DNA from: Rhina ancylostomus
Taxonomy: Eukaryota
Assembly (NCBI GenBank): GCA_030265395.1
Contig: JARFYF010000001.1
Span: 112,948,622 to 113,012,621, forward strand
Length of the DNA: 64,000 nucleotides
Reading direction: 5' to 3'
The translations under genes were made by a program, and so were the position numbers. Of this stretch, positions 36,096 to 48,103 are shown piece by piece. Under the pieces are notes generated by a model. It ran no database searches. It was not told the origin of the DNA and was given only the letters and a program-made list of their open reading frames with translations. Positions within the stretch are counted from its first letter, which is position 1; every line of letters begins with the position of its first letter.

Positions 36096-37944
36096 ATCAT
36101 CGACAGAACACTAACTCTGTTTCTTATTCCACACTGCCTGACCTGCTGAGTGTTTCCAGCATTTTCTGTTTTAATTTCAGGGCAGCAGGGATTGGGCAGA
36201 CGTGAAAAACCAGCAGGTTCAAGGTCAAAGGATTGAACCTAATGGTTTGGGCAGTGGGACAGGCACAGATGAGGTGGTTTAGTGGATTGGGAAGGGGGAG
36301 CGATTATTGGGCAGCTGGGATTTGGCAGAGAGAATGCTGGGGATATCTGACAGGTAAGGCAACATCCATGGAGAGAAAAATAGAGACAACATTTCAGGTT
36401 GATGGCATTCATGATGAGGGAATTGGATAGTAGGGAGAGGTTAATGGGGATCAGGCACAAGATAAAGGGATTTTATCTGAAGGGGCAGGCGGGACATTTT
36501 TATGTTCGTGATCCAATCTAGAGATTTAAAGGCTAACTACTTGTTCAACATTGTAACTTATTACCTGATAAAGCTTGGAAAACATCTCAAGCAAACATCT
36601 TTTGACAGACCCAACACAGAAGCTTTGACCTTCCATGTTGTTCATGGGCAGCTTTAATCTGTATCCATACAAACCATGGGAGATGTGCTTCACAAATAGA
36701 ACATGTAAAATTTCTCCACTGTCCAGGGATCATGTAAAAACACAATGTCTGATTTACAAACATGAGGGAAACATCACAGCAGTAAACTTTGCTATTCCTG
36801 ACACAATTTAAAATTATAATGGAAAATCAAACAGCAGTGCAAATGCTGGAAATCCAAAATGAAAACAGAATATGCTGGAAATACGCAGCAGGTCAGGCCT
36901 CATCTTTAGGAAAAGAAACCAAGTTAACATTAGAGGTTGAAAACTCTGTCAGAACTGGGAAAGAGACATGAGAAGCTTTTTAAGCTACTAGAAAGGTGAT
37001 GTCTCTGATTGGGTAAAAACCATGGGGATAAGCTGTAAACAAGATTATCTGGTCAATGAGTGAATGCAAGCAGTTAGACAATGAAAATGTAGATAACATA
37101 ATGTAGGAGTTGCAAAATGCAGGTCAAGCTGGGTATGTGCTCATCTCCCAGAGGAACAAAATAGGAAGAAAAAAACAAGGTGAGCCAATATCTCAGATGG
37201 TCACTGTTCATAGTTCCTGTTTTGTATCAAGTCAGCCAGATGAAAGAAGACTGCATTTGAGAGAGTCTTTCGCTGTTCAATGTGCTGCATTTCAGATGAG
37301 ATGTTATGTCGTAAATCAGTCCACTTGTTCAACTGAATGTAAAAGATGTCAAAACCAACAGTAAAAAAGTTCAATGAAGTTCAACTGGTCAATATTTGCC
37401 CTTCCAACACCACAAAGCAAAATATGTTATCTGTTTCTAAGATGCAGCTGTGTTCAAATTGTTGCTTACAGTTTATGACCGTGTGCAAATTTGATCTTGC
37501 ATTGTCTGCAGTACAACAGTTCAGATGATACATTAGTTGAGAATTATCTTGAAGTATTCTGGAATGAAAAGGGCATTATAAAAATGAAAATTATTTCCTT
37601 TTCTTTTGAAATACCAAAGTATTGGAATCAGTTCAAAGAAGGTTTACCAGCCTGATACTTGCAGATTATGAGGAAAGGTTGGCAGGCAAGGCTTGTAACC
37701 ACTGGAACTTATAAGGGTGAAGGATGGCTTGATTGAAACACAGAAGGTTCTGAGAAGTTTTGAAAAGGTGAATGTGAAGAAGCTGTTTTCTGTTCGGAAA
37801 GAATCTGGAACTGGAGGTCACGGTTTAAAAATAAGTTGTCACCGTTTTTTTTCTTTACCAGGTCCTCTTTGAAAATCTCTTTCTCAACAGGTGAGGGAAG
37901 CTCAACAGGTGAGGGAGTCTTTGAATATTCTTAAGGAATAGAAC

Positions 37945-40780
37945 TCAGAATATAGAAGAGTACCGCACGGAACAGGCCCTTCAGCCCACAATATTGTGCT
38001 GATCTAATTAAGTTAGTAATCAAATGCCTAACTAAACCATTCCTTCTGCCTAAATATCCATATCTTTACATTTCCTGCACATTCACGTGCCTATCTAAGA
38101 GCCTCTTGAATGCCCCAATCGTATTTGCCTCCACCGCCACCTCAAGCAGCATATTCCAGGCACCCACCACTCTCTGTGTAAAAAACTTGCCCTGCCCATC
38201 TCCTTTGAACTTTCCCCTTCTCAACTTAAATGCATGTCCTCTGGTATTAGACATTTCAACCCTGGGAAAAAGATACTGGCTGTCTAGTCTATCAATGCCT
38301 CAGCCTCCGCCGCTCTAGAGAAAACAACCCAAGTTTGTCCAACCTCTCCTGATAGCACAGTCCCTCTAATCCAGGCAGCATCCTGGTAAACCTCTTCTGC
38401 ACCCTCTCCAAGACCCCACATCCTTCCTATAATGGGGTGACCAGAACTGAATGCAATACTCCAGATGCAGCCTAACCAGAGATTTATAAAGCTGCAGAAT
38501 AACTTTGTGACTCTTGAACTCAATGCCTCAACTAATAAAGGCAAGCATGCCATATGCCTTCTTTATCACCCTATCAACCTGTGTAGCCACCTTCAGGGAG
38601 CTACGGAGTTGGACTCCAAGATCCCTCTGCACATCAACACTGTTATGGGTTTTGCCATTAACGTGTACTGTCTTTTTACATTTGATCTCCCAAGGTGCAA
38701 CACTTCACATTTGGCTGGGTTAAACTCGATCTGCAACTGATCTATATCCCGCTGTATTCTTTGGCAGTCTTCTACGCTATCCACAACACCACCAATCTTT
38801 GTATCATCGGCAAACTTACTAACCCACCCATCTATATTTTCATCCAGGTCATTTATATACATCACAAACAGCAGAGGTCCCAGTACAGATCCCTGAGGAA
38901 CACCACTAATCATTGACTTCCAGCTAGAATAAGTCCCATCGACCACTACCCTCTGTCTTCTATGAGCAAGCCAATTCTGAATCCAAGTAGCCAACTCACC
39001 ATGGATTCCATGCACGTTAATCTTCGGGATGAGCCTCCCATGAGGGACCTTGTCAAATACTTTACTAAAATCCATGTACACAATATCCAAAGCTCTATCT
39101 TCACCAATCATTCTCGTCACCTCCTCAAAACACTCAATCAAGTTAGTAAAACATGACTTGCCCCACACAAAGCCATGCTGACTGTCCCTAATTAGGCCAT
39201 GGTTTTCATAAATCCTATCCCGAAGAATTCCCTCCGGTAACCTCCCTACCACTGATGTGAGACTCACCAGTCTATAGTTTCCAGGATTATCCCTGTTTCC
39301 CTTCTTGAATAATAGGACATCAGCTACTCGCCAGTCCTCTGGGACCTTCCCTGTGGCTAGAGAAGACATGAATATCTTGGTCAAGGCCCCAGCAATCTCA
39401 TCTCTTGCCTCCCTCAATAACCTGGGGTATATCCCATCAGGACCTGAGGACTTATCCACCTTAATGCTCTTTAAGAGACCCAACATACATCTTTCTTTAT
39501 CTCTAAGTGCCCAAGCACGTCAGCACAATCCACACTGATTTCCCTATCCTCCATGTCCTTCTTGATAAACACTAATGCAGAGTACTCATTCAGGACATCT
39601 CCCACGTCTTCCGCTTCCAAGCACATGTGCCATCCTTCATCCTTGAGTGGTCTTACCCTCTTCCTAGTTATCCTCTTGCTCTAGATGTATGTATAGAGTA
39701 CCTTGGGATTCCCTTTAATCCTACTTGCCAAGGGCTTCTCATGGCCTCTCCTGGCTCTCCTAATTCCCTTCTTGAGTTCTTTTCTGGCTTCTTTAAAAGT
39801 CCTGAAGGGCTCTGTTTGATCCTAGCTTCCTAAACTTTACATGTGTTTCCTTTTTCTTCTTGACTAAATTCACCACCTCTCTTGACATCCAAGGTTCCAT
39901 TACCCCGCCATCCTGGTCCTTCCTTCTTACTGGAACATACCTGTCCTGTACTCTGTGCAGTTGGTCTTTAAACACCCTCCACATGTCAGATGTGGACTTG
40001 CCCAGAAACAGGTGTTCCCAATCTCCCTAGTTCCTGCCTAATGCTCTCAGAATTTGCCCTGCTCCAATTTATTACTCTCCCGCAAGGTCCATACTTATCC
40101 TTATCTCTAGCTATCTTAAAACTTGTAATCATTGTTCCCTAATTGTTCTCCCACTGAAAGGTCAGTCACCTGACCAGGCTCATTCCCCAACACCAGGTCC
40201 AGTACGGCCCCTCCTCTCATTGGACTATCTACATATTGATTTCAGAAACCCTCCTGGATACACCTAACAAATTCTGCCTCATCTAAACCTCTTGCACTAA
40301 GGAGGTCCCAGTTTATATTCGGGAAGTTGAAGTCACCCACTACAACAACCCTACTGGTTTTACACCTTCCCCTAATCTGCCTGTATATCTGTTCCTCAAT
40401 GTCCTGGTTGCTACTGGGGGGTCTGTAGTATAATCCCATCAGGGTGATTGCACCTTTCTTATTTTTGAGTTCTACCCATATAGATTCAGATGATGATCCC
40501 TCCATTATATCCCGAGTGCAGCTGTGATATTAGCCCTGACTAATGATGCAACTCCAGCAGCAGCCCCCACCCTTTTACCTTGCTCTCTACATGTTCTAAA
40601 GCATTGAAACCCTGGAACATTAAGCATCCAGTCCTGTCCCTCTCTCAATCAAGTCTCTGTAATGGCCACAACATCATAGTTCCATGCACTGATCCACATC
40701 CATGCTCTAAGTTCTTCACATTACTCCTAGCATTAAATAAACACACTTCAACCAGTCCCTCCCATCACGTCTACTACCTC
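37945..40780 (-). mobile_element. CR1 LINE covering most of ORF2 (APE + RT), broken by frameshifts and deletions
   Basis: ORF 40242-40505 ESIWVELKNKKG...YYRPP...VVVGDFNFPNINW (APE); ORF 38593-39486 GPDGIYPRLL...NYRLVSLTS...YMDFSKVFDKVPH...SGVPQGSVLGPLLF...SKFADDTK (RT); 3'UTR at ~37945-38065. Confidence 0.95.
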
Positions 40781-40781
40781 G

Positions 40782-40829
40782 TATTACAGATTAGGTTACT
40801 ATTTGGTGAATGCCCCTTTAAGACATAGG

Positions 40830-40863
<34 letters not shown>

Positions 40864-41023
40864 TAACAACAAAGAGATAAGGACATGCAGACCTTTTGGA
40901 GCAGACAGTCAAAGAGAGAGAGAGGGACACCCTGCCTACTGGTATCGATGGATGAAAAACAATAACTGTGTCTGTCACTACAATCCACGTATGGATTTTT
41001 GGAATAATCCAGTGGAGTCCACT
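40782..41023 (+). mobile_element. Possible LTR fragment abutting the CR1 5' end and running into a ~726-N gap
   Basis: Abrupt switch from CR1 sequence to TATTACAGATTAGGTTACT...CCCCTTTAAG, with (GT)n and (GA)n tracts like those in fish LTR U3 regions; termini cannot be verified. Confidence 0.35.
40832..40862. repeat. (GT)n microsatellite
   Basis: About 15 perfect GT units. Confidence 0.95.
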
Positions 41024-41994
41024 NNNNNNNNNNNNNNNNNNNNNNNNNNNNNNNNNNNNNNNNNNNNNNNNNNNNNNNNNNNNNNNNNNNNNNNNNNNNN
41101 NNNNNNNNNNNNNNNNNNNNNNNNNNNNNNNNNNNNNNNNNNNNNNNNNNNNNNNNNNNNNNNNNNNNNNNNNNNNNNNNNNNNNNNNNNNNNNNNNNNN
41201 NNNNNNNNNNNNNNNNNNNNNNNNNNNNNNNNNNNNNNNNNNNNNNNNNNNNNNNNNNNNNNNNNNNNNNNNNNNNNNNNNNNNNNNNNNNNNNNNNNNN
41301 NNNNNNNNNNNNNNNNNNNNNNNNNNNNNNNNNNNNNNNNNNNNNNNNNNNNNNNNNNNNNNNNNNNNNNNNNNNNNNNNNNNNNNNNNNNNNNNNNNNN
41401 NNNNNNNNNNNNNNNNNNNNNNNNNNNNNNNNNNNNNNNNNNNNNNNNNNNNNNNNNNNNNNNNNNNNNNNNNNNNNNNNNNNNNNNNNNNNNNNNNNNN
41501 NNNNNNNNNNNNNNNNNNNNNNNNNNNNNNNNNNNNNNNNNNNNNNNNNNNNNNNNNNNNNNNNNNNNNNNNNNNNNNNNNNNNNNNNNNNNNNNNNNNN
41601 NNNNNNNNNNNNNNNNNNNNNNNNNNNNNNNNNNNNNNNNNNNNNNNNNNNNNNNNNNNNNNNNNNNNNNNNNNNNNNNNNNNNNNNNNNNNNNNNNNNN
41701 NNNNNNNNNNNNNNNNNNNNNNNNNNNNNNNNNNNNNNNNNNNNNNNNNGGGGGGGGGGGGTCTGGTTAGAGGATCTCCACGAACTGCAATCAGTGGGAG
41801 AATTAAGACTGGTTTAGGGAGGTGGCTGGAGAATCCAGGCCTGGAATTGAGGGAGGAGGTATTGTCAGGGAGAAAATCAGTGGTGAGCCTGTGAACATCA
41901 GCAACAAAATATGTGGGAGGTGGAAGATGGGCTGTGGGGGTACTGATAGATGGAAACAACTACCAAAAGCAAATTGGTCACCCTGGACTCTGGC

Positions 41995-43470
41995 AATAGG
42001 ACTGGCAGAGATATTGTATCATCATTAGCTACTGGTGAGGTACCAGAACACTGTCGCGTACCTTTATTTAAGAAAGGTTGCAAGGACAAGCCAGGGAACT
42101 ACAGGCCAGTGAGCCTAATATCAGTGGTGAGAAAGTTACTGGAGGGGACTCTGAGAGAATCTACCTGCGTTTGAGAAGACTAGGACTGATTAGGAAAAGT
42201 CAGTGTGGCTTACTGTGTGGGAAATAGTGTCTCATAAATTTGATTGAGTTTTTTGAACTGATGGAGAGGAGTGAAGAGGGCAGGGTCATAGACATCATCT
42301 ACATGGATATTAGCAAGGCCCCACATGGCAGGCTAGTCTGGAAGGTTCCAACACATGGGATCCAGGGTGAGTTAGCCAATTAGATACAACATTGGCTTAG
42401 TGGTAGTGGCCAGAGGGTAGTACTGGCGGGTTGTTTTTCAAATTAGAGGCCTGTGACCAGTGGTGTGCCATTGGGATCAGTGCTGGGTCCTCTGTTATCA
42501 TCCATATTAATGAGCTGGATGAGAATGTAGTCGGCATGGTAGTAAGTTTGCGGATAACACTAAAATTGGTGGTATAGTGGACATTAAAGAAGATTAACTA
42601 AGATTACAACAGCATCTAGGTCAACTGAGAAAGTGGGCTGAGGAATGGCAGATGGAAGTCACTTCAGACAACTATGAAGGGTTGCACTTTGGGAAGTTGA
42701 ACCAGGACAGGACTTTTACAATAAATGGCAGGGGCATGAGGAGTATTGTAGAACAAAGAAACCTGAGGGTACCAGTATATAGTTCCCTGAAAATGGTGAT
42801 ACAGGTAGACAGGGTGGTGAAGAAGACTTTTGGTATGCTTGCCTTCATCAGTCAGGGCAATGAGTACAAGAGTTAGAACGTCATGTTACAGCTGTACAAG
42901 ATGTTGGTGAGACCGCACTTGATGTATTGTGTGCAGTTCTGGTCACCCAGCTGTAGGAAGGATGTCATTAAGCTGGAAAGGGTGCAGAAAAGATTCACAA
43001 GGATGTTGCCAGGACTGGAAAGATTGAGTTAGCAGGAGAGACTGGATAGGTTGGAGCTGTTTTCCTGGAGTGTAGGAAGCTGAGGGGGTAACATTATGGA
43101 GGTATATAAAATCATGAGGGGCATAGATAATCTGAATGATCACTGTCTGTTTCCCAGGGTAAGTGAGTCTAAAACTGGAGAGCATAGATTTAAGGTGAGG
43201 GGGAAAGATTTAAAGGGGACCTGAGAGACAACTTTTTCACACAGAGGGTGGTGGGTATGTGGAACGAGCTGCCAGAGGAAGTAGTAGAAACAGTTACAAT
43301 TACAATATTTAAAAGACACATAGACAGGCACATGGATAGGAAAGGTTTAGAGGGATATGGATCAAATTCAGGCAAACGGGACTGGCTCAGGAAGGCAACT
43401 TGATCGGCATGGACAAGTTGGGCTGAAGGGCCTGTTTCCATGTTGTATAACTCCATGACTCTCTGACTCT
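41995..43470 (+). mobile_element. CR1 LINE RT and 3'UTR, 5'-truncated, many stops
   Basis: SSLATGEVPE...PLFKKGCKDKPGNYRPVSLISVV; GTGGTGTGCCATTGGGATCAGTGCTGGGTCC (SGVP.GSVLGP); tail GGGCTGAAGGGCCTGTTTCC...TGACTCT. Confidence 0.92.
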
Positions 43471-44519
43471 TAAACATATAATACTCCTTGGCATTTAATT
43501 GTAAAATAACCCTTATATCCACTGAAATCTTTAATAGATTCAGAATTTTTATTAGGTCTGACTGAGTGTTGAAGCTTTATTTAAGGAAATGTATCATTTA
43601 TTAATGATTATATTGGACTCTACTGAAAGAAAATACATACTTAAAAACAGAAAATGTACTCAAGTTCTCCTTTTATTTCACAGCCAGCAAATATATTTCT
43701 AAGAATGGGAAAATCTAGCCATTTTCCCAATCTGCTTTATCAATAGGCTATCACCCTTCATGCCAATTGTTCATTATGCCAGTTTCAAATGAAAAGCAAA
43801 ATATTAAAGTATAGGATGGATTTATTTTCTTAACCTTCTTGGGATCTTGGTGATGCTCCTTAGTTCTTTTTAGTGTTGCTGAGAGAAAGGCCTCAGTTCA
43901 AATTTGTCCTGTGACATCATCATTTTCAAAAATAACACCACAGTTCTTGCCAAGCAAGGAGTGGGTCAATTTTACATATAAATTACAGTGCCCTTTGTGC
44001 GGAATGTAACAGAAACCATTGGCTCATTGGGATGTTACTTCCTATCTTTTGTAAATAAGGCTGTGAAACTGAAAGGAACCTGAACAATGACAAGTTAACA
44101 GCACATGAGATTAAATGTAACAGGCATATCCTGAGATAACATTGTTAATGAAGAAATGAGGAGGCACACACTTACTGGTACTGCAGTTGTGAAGGGAATA
44201 AAAGCTAATTGAAAATGGGCGTCTGGCAAAGATTAATGGTGAGTAACTCCCATTGCTTTTGCTGAAAGATGGAGAGAGCTGGTCTAATGCAAAAATAAAT
44301 CAATATTGTTAAGCACTGCTGGGAGAGGAGGTTACCAAATGAGTCAAGTTGGCATTGTGTAATATACTTGTACATGGGCCAGAAGAAATCAGCTGAAGTA
44401 TTTTCTATATTGCTTTTCTATGATCTGCTACAGTTTTAGAAATGCCACTTTTGAGCAATTCAGATTCATTGCATGGCAAAATGTGATTTCACACATGATA
44501 CACATAAATATTTAATTTG

Positions 44520-44655
44520 TAGATACAAGAGACTGCAGATGCTGGAATATGGAGTAACAAACAATCTGCTGGAGGAACTCAGTGGGTCGAACAGCTTCTG
44601 TGGGGGGAAGAGGAATTGTCGATGTTTCAGGTCGAAACACGGCATCAGGACTGGA
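44520..44655 (-). mobile_element. Short Penelope-tail-derived repeat with hammerhead-like core
   Basis: Minus strand CCAGTC-CTGATGC-CGTGTTTCGACCT-GAAAC-ATC-GACAA followed by the GAGTTCCTCCAGCAGATTG tail. Tail-related copies at ~965-1095, 10930-11105, 11360-11445, 23075-23245, 30630-30710, 36830-36960, 50795-50840 and 62720-62840. Confidence 0.7.
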
Positions 44656-45899
44656 ACATTACATTTGTAAATTTTATGTAGCATTTTTTGTCCTTGTTTA
44701 TTATTAATCGCACATTACATTATTTTTTTTAGAATAAAGTCATGTATAAGCCACCATGTATTAGTTTCCTGCTTATATCATTCAATGATGCGGTTTCACA
44801 GCCGCTTTATTTCTTACTAAACATTTCTGTTCTTAAGTTCTGTAACTGCAGTGAATAAACCAGCTATTTTTTGAAGGCTAAACAAAGGAATACTGGAATG
44901 TTGTAATTCTTTTAATCATAAAATGTGGCCATTACTCAAGAGCTTACAGAAAAATATGTTTCCTACCAGGAGAGTTCAAAGCCAAACACAATGTCAATGC
45001 TGAACACAATGTGCCAGAAGAATTTCCATCTGCCATGGAACTACAGAAAGTAACAGGAGTCCAGTCATACCTGGAAACACGCCCAGCATCACAGAATAAA
45101 ATCTGTCATATCTGGAGCATGCATTTCAAAAATATCTGAACAGAAATATTTTCAGAAATTATAAATTAAAATTTTCTTTTAACACTATATGGTGCTTTCT
45201 GTTGTTAGGAATGATTTAATCTTTAGCCCAGTCTTTCTTTAAATAGTCATTAAACCCATCTGGGTCAGATTTTTTTACAATTATTTTTGTATTGTGTAAC
45301 AGTCTCCCTTAACTTTCAAACAACTTATGAATTTTGGACAATTGCTGTCCTTTTTAAAAAACAGCTCATTGCGTTTAGTCGTGGATCACATGTGAAGAGT
45401 GCATGCTGCTTTTTAAACACCAGGTGACACTAAAGACTAGTAGAAACTTTGGGGACAGACCTCACTTTGCAATATTAAACTCTTTCACCTAAGGAAATGA
45501 TCATTCCTTTCTTCACCTTTTTCATACATTACATTTTTACATTCTAAATGCTTGTGCAAAAGTGAAAAATAAATGTTGTACTTGCTCTGCTTCAAAGTTC
45601 ACATCATTAATTCCAGCTTCACGGATAACACAGACATAGCATGCCAGCCAATCAAACATCCACTGCAGCATCCTTTAATTAGAATCTTCCCACGCAACAT
45701 CTCCCACTCTGTCACTAAGCAGATCACACACACTTATTATGTGTCAGTGCATGAAGCATACTCCACCCCCGCCAGTCACTCACTTCCAAAACTTAAGGCA
45801 TACCTAAAACAAAAAGCATAGAAAAATCTGTTTAAAAATAACTTTGTGCCCTCTTCAATCCTAATACTCTACAAAAGAGCTTCAAAATATATATCCAAA

Positions 45900-46230
45900 C
45901 CTATAAGATTCCTAGGGGTCTTGAGGGTAGATGTGGAGAATATGTATCCTCTTCTGGGAAAATCTGCAACTGGGGGTTGTTTTAAAATCAAGGATCACTC
46001 ACTTGGGGTAGAGATAAGGTGATACCTTTTCCTTCAGAAGGGTGAAGTACTTAGAACTCTCTTTTTCTCACAAAGGGCAGTAGAAGCAAAGATTTTGATT
46101 ATTTTTAAGACAGGGGTAGATAGATATCTAATAAGCAAGGGGGCAAAAGGTTACTGTGGAAAGACATGATCATATTGAATGGCAGAGGAGGCTTGAGGGA
46201 CATATTCCTGCTTTTAATTCTTATGTTGCC
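45900..46230 (+). mobile_element. Old CR1 3' remnant
   Basis: Degenerate YKILRGLDRVD-like sequence and a GAATGGCAGAGGAGGCTTGAGGG tail. Confidence 0.55.
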
Positions 46231-46539
46231 TAAGTATATCTACAGGAAAAAGTGTATTCGACACAAATGTGTACCCCATTCATGAAGAAAATGAATACAA
46301 CAGCTTCCCTTTTGACCATCAAGGTCCATGTATAAGGAGCTTCCTTGCTCAGCCTAACGCTCTAGCAGGAATGATAGATCTCACCAAATTTCACTTGTTC
46401 ATTGAGGATCAAATGCTGATAACAGCTGACTAACACATATTCACCATTTCCATCTGTGATATGTGGATTCTTCAGTGCTGTGAAGGCCATCTCCAGCCCA
46501 AACAACCAAGACTCCACCCCAATGAGAGTCAAGGAAAGA

Positions 46540-47300
46540 CAGGCTGTAATGCTCCGCTGTAAGGAACACAAAGATGTCTTAAGGGTGAGTGCCTTTCATT
46601 CCATAACAGAGCAAAATATCTAATTCAGATTTTGCACCACCCTCTGACTCACAAGAAGTTGGAAATGTCATATGTCAGCTAAAAAACAAGAAGGACTCAG
46701 GAACAGGTGGCAACCATGTTGAATTTCTAAAACTTTCTATGAGGAACTTCAGTCACAAATCCACAACCATCTCTCACATTTTGGAAGAGGAAGATTTGAA
46801 ACTCAGTAATTGCACCTAAGAAAGGAGACAGGTTCAATTACAGAGTGGTATCCTTTATGGCTGCCACAGGGAAAATCATCAGCAGGGTTCCTCCTGAAAA
46901 GTTGCTCCCAGAGCCGCAGCATGGATTTGTCCATCTAGAGTCACCATGAACAAGATCTTCACCACATGACTGCTCCAAGAGAAATGAGGTGAGTAGCAAC
47001 AACCCCTGCCATTTTTGATATCATTAAAGCCTTTGACTCCTTCAATTGGGAGGGACTGTGAAATGTCCCCCTCAAGTTTGCTGCCTGCAGAAATTTGTCT
47101 CCACCTATGCTTGCTTCACAGTGGCAAATAAGGCATGACGTTAACTAACAGCTCCACAACAGATTCGATATCAAGCACAGCAGCATCTTGCCCCAATACC
47201 TTTTCCAATCTTTCTTGCCATAATGCAGCACCCAGCCTCCAATAAGCTTCCTGCTGATGTGAAACTAATCTACAAGACTAATGAGAAAATATTCAATCTA
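46540..47300 (+). mobile_element. RTE-type LINE RT remnant
   Basis: AAAGCCTTTGACTCC...GAGGGACTGTG...CTCAAGTTTG...CAGAAATTTGTC resembles the KAFDS..REGLW..LKFGCP.KFV RT motif. Confidence 0.6.
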
Positions 47301-47977
47301 GTGAAAGTGTTGTGATAATTTCACTCAGCCCACCCCTCTAGGACCCACGCATTGTTCTGAGTCTTACCACATTCCAGGCTCCAATCATCATTGAAGATCC
47401 CCCTCCCAGTCCCCTTCCAGGCCTTGATCATTCTTGAAGATACTCTAGCCATTTCTTAGGTGACATTATTCCAGGCACTGATCCCCGTCCATCAATCATT
47501 AGCCTCCTCTCTCTGGATAGAAACAACATCATTCGGGGTTTGGGGGGTAGAATCTTCATCAATAGGAAGGGAGGCATCATCAGTGTTTGGGATCAGGAGG
47601 GTGGATTTTCCACAAGGGTTGGGGTCTGTGCGGTGTTGCGGGACTTTCACCAAAGATCAGGACAGAGGTTCATGGCCAAGAAAATGGTCTTTCCACGGGG
47701 ATCAGGGCCTGGAATCAGGAGTTACAATTGAGGAAGAAGCTGCTTTTACTCCACAGTAAAAAAATTCTCTTAAAATTTTCAGGTGGAAGAATGTTGTCTA
47801 TGCTTCTTCCTTTTCTCATATGATTTCATACTGATCAAAATATATTGTCTATTACTATTACATTATCTAGTTANNNNNNNNNNNNNNNNNNNNNNNNNNN
47901 NNNNNNNNNNNNNNNNNNNNNNNNNNNNNNNNNNNNNNNNNNNNNNNNNNNNNNNNNNNNNNNNNNNNNNNNNNNNN

Positions 47978-48103
47978 TATTGTTTTTACCTGTACTACAT
48001 CAATGCACTCTGTACTAACCCAATGTAACTGCACTGTGCAATGAATTGACCTGTTTTTCACTGTACCTCAGTACAAGTAACAATAATAAACCAATACCAA
48101 TAC
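47978..48103 (+). mobile_element. Rex1-like 3' tail next to a gap
   Basis: TTTTCACTGTACCTCAGTACAAGTAACAATAATAAACCAATACCAATAC: tail ending in a short tandem repeat. Confidence 0.55.

Noticed and set aside
37883-37916. Short tandem duplication CTCAACAGGTGAGGGA x2 (similar ones at ~34379-34412 and ~51089-51112)
   Set aside because: Routine slippage-type micro-duplications in TE remnants or introns.
38593-39486. 297-aa reverse transcriptase ORF as a novel RT system or domesticated gene
   Set aside because: Ordinary CR1 LINE ORF2 with internal deletions and frameshifts on both sides, contiguous with APE and 3'UTR remnants.
40799-41959. Long ORFs (308-386 aa) in the ORF track, and similar ones at ~11750-12400
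   Set aside because: They are open only because they run through N gaps.
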